NCBI GenBank assembly: GCA_965262615.1
Contig: OZ253545.1
Coordinates: 1,280,001 to 1,344,000, forward strand
DNA length: 64,000 bases
Direction of reading: 5' to 3'
Source of the DNA: Alphaproteobacteria bacterium
GTDB lineage: Bacteria > Pseudomonadota > Alphaproteobacteria > GM7ARS4 > G965262615
Shown: positions 1 to 10,300 of the stretch, in pieces
How positions within the stretch are numbered: position 1 is the first letter of the stretch
Layout of the letters: each line of letters starts with the position of its first letter
Translations under genes and position numbers: made by a program
The notes under the pieces: generated by a model
Told to the model about the DNA's origin: nothing
What the model saw: only the letters and a program-made list of their open reading frames with translations
The model's database searches: none

Positions 1-1330
1 ACCTTGAACATTTGCACCACCAGCAATTCTCACCGTGCTGTTGCCACCCAAATCTTCGCCCCAGTAAATGTAGGTTGCCGAAACATCCGAGCCACTGGAA
101 AAAGTCACATTGGCACTCTTGCCCGAGCCTCCCTCAACGGCAATGGCGATGTTACGAGAACTGATGCTGCCACTGTTGCTGATGGTGGCACTGGCGACAG
201 AGGATGGATGAGACAGTTCAGCCAAAATCCCCACCATCCTACTGACGCCAATGGTGGCATTCACATTGATGTCGCCACTGTTCACAATACTGATATTCCC
301 CGTGCCGATATGACTCGCCGCAATGCCACGATGACTCGTGCCACAACTCACGGTGCAAGCGGCAGAAAAACCAAGAGTGGCAGACGAATTGTTGGTGACG
401 GTCAGATTGCCCGTCCCTGTGGCAATGGCGTGAATGCCATAAAGAGATGACTCATGGCGACCAGCATTGGTGGCAAACATCAAATTCGCACCATTGACAA
501 CAGTGACGGCGTTTCGTCCTTTGACATACAACCCCGCCTGACCACGATGGCGCACTTGCACGGTGCGTGGCGTGCCGGTGGTTTGATGATTGACCGTCAG
601 ACTGCCGGTCACCCGTGAGCCTTCCCGTGCCCCATCAATACGCACACCGTGACCCGTGCCATCCGAGTTGATGGTGGTGTCGGTCACATTATTGATGGTG
701 ACGGTGAGATTGCCCGTGTGAACACCGTCTTGCAAAGAGGTGATGTCTTGAAACAAACGCCGCGCATTGATGCCTGTCCCCAACTCGCTGGCATTGCCGC
801 CCGTGCAGGTGAGGGTGGTGCTGGCAAGGGCACAGGTCATGGTGGAGGCGGTATTATTGACCACCGCCATATTGCTCCAACGAAGGGTGAGAGCGGTGGG
901 AATGGCGTTGGTGGTGGTCACGCCCAACTCAACAAAGCCCACATATTCCGTGCCATCAGCGGCAAAAATACGCACCTGAGATGCCAAGTCCGCCAAATCA
1001 AAAACACTATTGGGAACAAGAGCCGTGGCACTGATGAGGGTGAAATAGTTTTGGTCACTGATGCTATACCCAGACGGCAGATACACATGCAATGCGGTGG
1101 GGTCTTGTCCCACCGCCGCATTGACATTCACACGCCCTGATAGAGTCATGGCGGTATCAAAGACATTGCCCGTGCGGCTTAAATAAAGCCCCATGGTGGT
1201 ATTGGCATTGACGGTGAATGTCTCCAAACCGGTCACGGTGACTCCTTTTGAGCCATTGCTGGCATCCCCCACAATCAGCGTGCCACCACTGAGTGTCATG
1301 CTATCTGTTCCACCGCCAAATGCCGATGTG
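1..1330. repeat. Long intragenic direct repeat, copy of ~5386-6720 (offset 5385)
   Basis: Near-identical DNA by eye; shadow ORFs at 649/6034 and 1193/6578 are near-identical at a constant offset. Boundaries are approximate. Confidence 0.85.
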
Positions 1331-4300
1331 CCGTTTGTCAGCGTCATTGTGCCACCATTGACCGTGACGGTGTCATTGCCGCCGCCAAGAGTGATGCGAC
1401 CCGTGGCATTGCCGCCGTTCATGGTGACTGTCACATTACCTGCAAAATCTGAGTTAATAATCTCGCTCGCCGTGACCGTGCCCGATGTCAAGTTGATGGT
1501 GGCGGTGTCAGCAGACGCTCCCCCCGTCAAAGACATCGCCGCGCCCGCCACATTAATTGTTCCCGTGTTACTGATGGTCACCGCTTCGGTCGCCGTCCCC
1601 GCCGACACCTGTATGCCATGTGCCGCCGTGCCAGAACCCGTAAGATTAATTGTTCCAGAATTTGTGATGCTCACTGTTCCCGAGCCAGCATGATTGATAA
1701 AAATACCCTGATGACTCGTGCCACAATTGGTGGTGCAAGCAGAAGCAAAACCAATTTGACTTCCACTATTATTGGTCACATTCACATTTCCTGTGCCTGC
1801 TGAAATCGCCTCAATGCCCCGTAGTCCATTGTTGTAGGGTGTTCCAGAAAACACCAGATTGCCGCCATTGGTGATGGTCACGCCCGCCGCCGACTTCACA
1901 TACAGAGCCGCTTTGTTTGTCCCCCGCACCTGAATATCACGCTTGGTGGCAGGAGCGGTCTGATTATTGACCGTCATACTGCCCGTCACCCGAGAATCCG
2001 TCACCGTGCCATCCAGCTCAATGCCATGACCCGTGCCCGCCGTGTTCACTGTCGCCGCCAAAGACTCCGTTGCCGAGCCAAGATTGACCGTCAAATCGCC
2101 CGTAAAAACACCGCTTGATAATGAACTGATTTTTCTAAAAATATCATCCAAATCAAAGCCACCCACAAACTCAAAACTGCTGGCACTGCCACCACTGCAG
2201 GTGATGGCACTGCCCACCAACCGACAGTTTAATGCCTCACCAATCGTCCCCCACGCCAACTGCAACTGACCCCCTGTGGCGCGCGATAAGGTGAAATCAC
2301 CGTCATACACCGTGCCGTCACGACTCCGCACGACCAGACGGCGAGCCAACTCCGAGAAAGTCAGAGTGGATTGCAAAACAATCGCCGATGCATCAATCAA
2401 GGTAAAAGCCGAGCGACTTCCAGAATCATAGCCCGCAGGAAGAAACAACTCAAGGATGGGAGCATCTCGGTCATTGCTGCCATTGAAAGTCACCGTGCCG
2501 GATATATCCACCTTGCCAAAAAGACTATCCAGATACAAACGCAGCGTGCTGTTCGCCGCCATGGTGAAAGTCTCCAAGCCGGTGATGCTGATATAACGTG
2601 ACACCTGTGTGCTGCTGCCAATCGCCATGATGCCGCGATTGGTGATGGAATCCGTGCCGCTACCAAAAGACGAATTGTAATTAATTGTCCAACTGCCGTT
2701 CGCAAAAACCGACACAGATTCATTGCCCGTTCCTCCCATGATGCCACCCGTCACAACGGCATAAGAGCCAATATTCACGGTGCTGTTGCCACCAAACTGC
2801 TGACTCCAATAGGCAACCAACGCCGAGGTACGAGAACCATTGTTGAAACTAAGAGTCGCGGTTTTACCTGTTCCCCCCACCACATTGATGGCAATATCAC
2901 GAGCCTCAATAATGCCCGTATTGTCAATGCTCACACTGGCAGTGGCACTTGATGATGGCAGTTCCGCAAGAATCCCCACCATGCCCACAGCATTGACGGT
3001 ATTGCTCACCCGAATGACACCCGCATTGACAATATCAATGTCCCCCGTGCCGATATGACTCGCCGCAATGCCGCGATGATTTGTCCCACAGTTTGCAGTG
3101 CAAGCAGCAGAAAAGCCAATGGTGGTGGCAAAATTGTTGGTGACGGTCAGATTGCCCGTCCCCGTCGCTATGGCATAGATGCCATACAACGATGAGGCGT
3201 ACCGATTATTATTGGTGGCAAACTGCACATTCGCTCCATTGACAACCGTCACACCACTGCGTCCCTTCACATACAACCCCGCCTGACCGCGATGGCTTAC
3301 CTGCACGGTGCGCTTTGTCCCGGTGGTCTGATGATTGACCGCCAGACTGCCGGTCACCCGTGAGCCTTCCCGCGCCCCATCAATGCGCACACCGTGTCCC
3401 GTGCCATCCGAGTTGATGGTGGTGTCGGTCACATTATTAATGGTGACGGTCAGATTGCCCGTGTGAACACCGTCTTGCAAAGAGGTGATGTCTTGAAACA
3501 AACGCCGAGCATTGATGCCCGAATTGAGCTCGCTGGCATTGCCGCCCGTGCAGGTGAGGGTGGTGCTGGCAAGATTGCAACTCATGGTGGATGCCGTATT
3601 ATTGACCACCGCCATATTGCTCCAGCGCATCGTCAAAGCGGTGGGAATGGAATTGGTGGTTGTCACACCCAGTTCAATAAAACCCACATATTCGGTGCTA
3701 CCGTCTGATGAAAACAGACGCACCTGAGATGCCAAGTCCGCCAAATCAAAAACGCTATTGGGAACAAGAGCGGCGGCACTCAGAAGGGTGAAATAGTTTT
3801 GATCGCTCATGCTATATCCAGACGGCAGATACACATGCAATGCGGTGGGGTCTTGTCCCACCGCCGCATTGACATTCACCCGCCCCGACAGAGTCATGGC
3901 GGTGTCAAAGACACTGGCGGTGCGACTCAGATAAAGTCCCATGGTGGTATTGGCATTGACGGTGAATGTCTCCAAACCGGTCACGGTGACTCCCTTTGAG
4001 CCATTGCTGGCATCCCCCACAATCAGCGTGCCACCACTGAGTGTCATGCTATCTGTTCCACCGCCAAATGCCGATATTCCATTGGCAAGAGTGAGCGTTC
4101 CGCCATTCACCGTCACGGTGTCATTACCACTGCCAAGAGTGATGCGACCCGTGGCACTGCCGCCGTTCATGGTCATGGTGATGTTGCCCGCAAAGTCCGA
4201 ATTGATGAGCTCATTCGCCGTGACCGTGCCAGATGTCAATCTAATGGTGGCGGCGGTGCTGGATGTCCCGCCCGTCAGAGCGATCGCCGCACCACTGCCC

Positions 4301-7300
4301 ACATTGATATCACCCGAATTGCTAATGCTCACCGTGCCAGAGCCGCCGTGACTCACCAATATCCCCCGATGATTGCTGCCGCAATTGGTAGTGCAAGTGC
4401 TGGCAAAGCCGATGGTGGCAGAATTGTTTATGGTCACATTGCCTGTGCCTGCCGAGGTCGCTTCAATGCCGCGCAAGCCATTGTTGTAAGGTGTTCCAGC
4501 AAACACCAGATTGCCACCATTGGTGACACTCACACCCGCCGCCGACTTCACATACAGAGCCGCCTTGTTCGCCCCACGCACCGACACATCTTGTTTTGTG
4601 CCTGTGGTTTGATGATTGACCGTCATACTTCCCGTCACTCGTGACCCTGCCACCGTGCCATCCAATGTGATGCCATGCCCAGTGCCACTGGTATTGACCG
4701 CACTGGTGAAACTATGAAGAGTCACGGTGAGATTGCCCGAACGCAATCCTTCCGCCGCCAATTCCGACACATCCGCAAACATGCGATCCATCCTCAGACC
4801 GCCAGCCAACTCATCGGCAGAGCCTCCCGTGCAGGTCAGAGTCGGCACACTGTAGGAACAATCCAATGTGCTGGCAGGCACAGACGCAAAAAGACCCGTC
4901 CAGGACACTTGCAAATTCTCACCGTCCTCACGCAAAACAAATCTGCCTCTGTAGGTGACAGCTCCGCGCAACACCTTCACCTTGGCATCCAAGTCAGACA
5001 GACTCGCTATCGTGAGAGAACCACTGCCTGTGTCAATCAAATCAAAAGCCGTGCGGTCGGAAAGATCGTAACTGGCGGGCAGATGAATCTCAATCACGGG
5101 CGCATTGCTACCCGTGCCATTAAAACGAACCGCAGAAGATAACCTAAGAGCATTGAAATCTCTCCCCAAATAAAACCGCACAATGCTGCCGGACTCCGCC
5201 GTGAAGCTCTCCAACCCTCTGATGATGAGATTGCCCGCAGGGCGTGTCCTCATGCCAAAATGCACCGTGCCGCGATTGGTCACAGAGTCAGTGCCAGAGC
5301 CAAAATCAGAAATCAGAGAATCCCAACGCCATGTGCCATTCGCCGCAACGCTCACCGCATCATTGCCACTGCCACTGCGCACCCCGCCTTGGACATTTGC
5401 ACCACCAGCAATGCTCACCGTGCTGTTGCCACCCAAATCTTCACCCCAGTAAATGTATGATGCCGAAACATCCGAGCCACTGGCAAAAGTCACATTGGCA
5501 CTCTTGCCCGAGCCTCCCTCAACCGCAATGGCAATGTTATGGGATTTGATGCTGCCACTGTTGCTGATGGTGGCACTGGCGACAGAGGATGGATGAGACA
5601 ATTCAGCCAAAATCCCCACCATCCTAATGACGCCAATGGTGGCATTCACATTGATGTCGCCACTGTTCACAATACTGATATTCCCCGTGCCGATATGACT
5701 CGCCGCAATGCCACGATGAGCTTGTCCACAACTCACGGTGCAAGCGGCAGAAAAACCAAGAGTGGCAGAAGAATTGTTGGTGACGGTCAGATTGCCCGTT
5801 CCTGTGGCAATGGCGTGAATACCATACAGAGATGACTCATGACGACCAGCATTGCTGCCAAACAGCACATTCGCACCATTGACAACAGTGACGGCGTTTC
5901 TTCCTTTGACATACAACCCCGCCTGACCGCGATGGCGCACTTGCACATCACGCTTTGTGCCGGTGGTTTGATGATTGACCGTCAGACTACCGGTCACTCG
6001 TGAGCCTTCTCGTGCCCCATCAATACGCACGCCGTGTCCCGTGCCATCCGAGTTAATGGTGGTGTCGGTGACATTATTAATGGTGACGGTGAGATCGCCC
6101 GTGTGAACACCGTCTTGCAAAGAGGTGATGTCTTGAAACAAACGCCGAGCATCAATGCCTGTCCCCAACTCGCTGGCATTGCCGCCCGTGCAGGTGAGGG
6201 TGGTGCTGGCAAGACCACAGGTCATGGTGGAGGCGGTATTATTAACCACCGCCATATTGCTCCAGCGCATCGTCAGAGCCGTGGGAATGGCATTGGTGCT
6301 GGTGATGCCCAACTCAACAAAGCCCACATATTCCGTGCCATCAGCGGCAAAAATACGCACCTGAGATGCCAAGTCCGCCAAATCAAAGACGCTATTGGGA
6401 ACAAGAGCGGCGGCACTCAAAAGGGTGAAATAGTTTTGATCGCTAACGCTATACCCAGACGGCAGATACACATGCAATGCGGTGGGGTCTTGTCCCACCG
6501 TGCTATTGACATTCACACGCCCCGACAGAGTCATGGCGGTGTCAAAGACACTGGCGGTGCGACTCAGATAAAGTCCCATGGTGGTATTGGCATTGACGGT
6601 GAATGTCTCCAAACCGGTCACGGTGACTCCCTTTGAGCCATTGCTGGCATCGCCCACAATCAGCGTGCCGCCACTATTCACCGTGAGGCTATCTGTTCCA
6701 CCGCCAAATGCCGATGTGCCATTGGCAAGAGTGAGCGTTCCGCCATTCACCGTCACACTGTCACTGCCTCCTGCCAGAGTGACGCGCCCCGTGGCACTGC
6801 CGCCGCTCACGGTCACGGTGACATCACCCGTAAAGGTGGAATTGATGATTTCACTCGCTGTCACCGTTCCTGATGTGAAATTAATAGTGGCGGTGTCAGC
6901 AGCTTCTCCGCCCGTCAGAGCCACCACCGCACCCTGACCCACATTGATATCTGCCGAATTGGTAATGCTCACACTGCCACTCCCACCGTGATTCACCAGT
7001 ATCCCCCGATGGTTATCGTTACACTGAGAAATATCAGGACAGAAGCCGCCAAAACCAATAGCACCAGTGTTGGTGATGCTCACGCTACCCGTCCCCGCCG
7101 AAATAACCTCCATGCCACGCAGTCCACTTCTGAAGGGAGAGCCCACAAACCTCAAACTGCCGCCATTGGTCACGCTCACCCCCATCTGTGATTTCACATA
7201 TAACGCCGCCCTGTTGGTCCCTTGCACCCACACTTCATGTCTCGTCCCTGTGGTTTGATGATTGACCGTCAGATTGCCCGTCACGCGGCTGCCAAGAATC

Positions 7301-10300
7301 GTCCCATCCAGTGTGATGCCATGACCCGTTCCCACCGCATTCACAATTGCTCCAAAACTATGAAGAATCACAATCAGCTCGCCCGAACGCACTCCCCGCC
7401 TCAATAGCGATGGGGAAGAGGCAAACAAACGCCGAAGATCAATACCTTCAGTGACATTACTGTCAGAACGACCCGTACAGGTGAGGGTCGGCACACTGTA
7501 AGAACAACTCAGTGTGCTATTGGTCGTGGGAGCATAAAGATCCTCAAATGAAACCTGCAAATTCTCACCGTCTTCACTCAAGGTCACAATCCCACTGAGG
7601 TTGATTCCGCCCCGCCTAATCGACACTTTGGCATTCAAAGCCGCCAGACTCGCTATCGTGAGAGAACCACTCCCTGTGTCAATCAAATCAAAAGCCGCAC
7701 GATCGGAAAGATCATAACTGGCTGGCAGATTAATCTCAATCACGGGCGCATCGCTCGTCCCATTAAAGCGCACAGCAGAAGATAATGTCACAGCATTGAA
7801 ATCACCGTCCAAATAAAGACGCAAAGTCGCCCCTGCATTCACGGTAAATGTCTCCAACCCACTTAATGTCACACCATCAGAGCCAGCCGTGGCATTGCCC
7901 CAAACCAGCGTGCCATTATGAATGACGGAATCAGAGCCACCGCCCAAAGTAGAACTTTGCGTCATATTCCACAAACCGCCCGAGGCAATCGTCACGGTCT
8001 CATTGCCCGAGCCCCCCGTGATGCCGCCCGTCACAATGGCATTGGAACTAATATTCACGGCACTGTTGCCGCCAAAATTCGTGCTGGCATAGATGGACTG
8101 AGATGTCACGCGAGAGCCACTGTTGAAATTGACGGTGGCGGTTTTGCCCGAGCCCCCTTGAACGGAAACGGCAACATCAGGAACATTGATGGTCGCCGTG
8201 TTGGTGATGGTCACGCTGGCAGACGCTGATGTACGAGGCATCAGTACCAAAATACCCACCATGCCTGTGGCTTGAGTGGTGTGATTCAATTGAATCGTCC
8301 CCCCATTGGCAATGGTGATGTTCCCCGTGCCTGTGTGGCTTGCCACAATGCCGCGATGATTTGCGCCACAGGTCGCCGTGCACGCAGAAGAAAAACCAAT
8401 GGTGGCAGCCGAATTGTTGGTCACCGAAAGAGTGCCCGTCCCCGTTGCGATGGCATGAATGCCTTCAAGAAATAATTCATACTGACCATCGCGCTCAGCC
8501 GCAAGCACCAAATTGGCGGAATTGGCAACAGTCACGCCACTGCCTCCTTTCACATACAGTGCCGCACGACCACGATGGCGAACCTGAACATTAGTTGTCG
8601 TGCCTGTGGTTTGATGATTGACCGTCAGATTGCCCGTCACCCGAGAACCGTTACGCTCGCCATCAATGGTCACACCGTGTCCTAAACCAACGAAATTGAC
8701 AACATTCTCGCCGACACGATTGATCACAACCGTGAGATCACCATCGTGAATACCATCTCGCAAAGACGCAATATCTTGAAACAAACGACGCGCATTGATG
8801 CCACGACCAATTTCACTAAAATCGCCTCCCGTACAAGTGAGGGTATTGGAGGCAAAAGAGCAATTCATGGTAGAAGGGGTGTTATTAAATCCCACCATAT
8901 TGCTCCAACGAATTCTGAGGGCATTGAAACTGCTCTGCAGCTCAATGGTGCCTTCATATTCGGTGTTGCCGTCTGATGAGAAAATCCGCACTCTCTGTGC
9001 CATGTCCGTCAAATCAAAGGCGGCATTGGAGGCAACAGAGATGGCATTGATGAGAACGAAATACGATTGGTTGCCGATGGTGTACCCAGACGGCAAATGC
9101 ACATACAACGCCGTTGGATCTTTGCCCGCCTCTCCATTGATATTGATGCGCCCCGAAAGTGTCAGAGCGAAATCAAAAGCATTGCCCGTGCGACTCAGAT
9201 AGAGCTGCGTGGTGGAATCGGCATTGAGCGTCAATGTCTCCAAACCAGAAAATGTGACGCCTTTGGAGCCATTGGTGACATCCCCTAAAGTCAGCCAAGT
9301 GCCATCATTCACCGTGAAGCTGTCTGTGCCATTGCCAAAATTGAGAGTGCCATTGGCAATGGTGACTCTCCCACCATTGAGGGTCATGCTGTCATTGCCA
9401 CTGCCAAAATTGGATGTGCCATTGGCAATGGTGAGAGTGCCGCCACTCACCGTCATGGTGTCATTGCCAGCGCCAAAATTCAGAAGCCCTGAGGCACTGC
9501 CACCACTCATGGTCACAAACACCGAGCCCACAAAATTAGAATTGATGATTCGTGACGCTGTCACACTCCCTGCTGAAAGGGCGATGGTGGAAAAATTGAA
9601 AAAGGTGCCGCCATCCAATCTGATTGCATCACCGTTGCCCACATTAATGTTGCCCGAATTGCTGATGCTCACCACTCCACTGACACGCTGATCCACCCAT
9701 ATACCCCGATGATTGCTGCCACAGTTGGCGGTGCAATTGGATGCAAAACCGATGGCTTTTGTGTTGGTGATGGTCACACCGCCCGTCCCCGTTGAAATGG
9801 CATGAATGCCGCTCAATCCGCTGTTGTAATTTGTGCCAGAAAAAACCAAATCGCCACTATTGCTGATGGTAATTCCCGCCGCAGATTTAACATAGAGCGC
9901 AGCCCTGTTGCCACCTCGCACCTGCACATTGCGCGTCGCATTGCTGCTTGTTTGATTATTGACCGTCAGATTGCCCGTCACCCGCGAGCCTTCCATTGTG
10001 CCATCAATCGTCATGCCGTGCCTGTTGCCGGTGGCATTGATGGTGGTGTCGGTGACGCTATCAATGTTAATGGTGAGGTTGCCCGTGTGGGTGCCACCTT
10101 GCAGGGCGGTGATATCTTTGAAGAGAAGGCGGGCATTGATTCCCGTATTGAGTTCGGCGACTGAGCCTCCCGTGCAGGTGAGGGTATTGGATGCAAAGGA
10201 GCAGTCCATGCTAGAGGCGGTATTACTGATAGCGACCATATCGCTCCAACGGATTCTCAGATTGGTTCTGTTGGAGAGGGGCGATGCGACCATCTGAATG

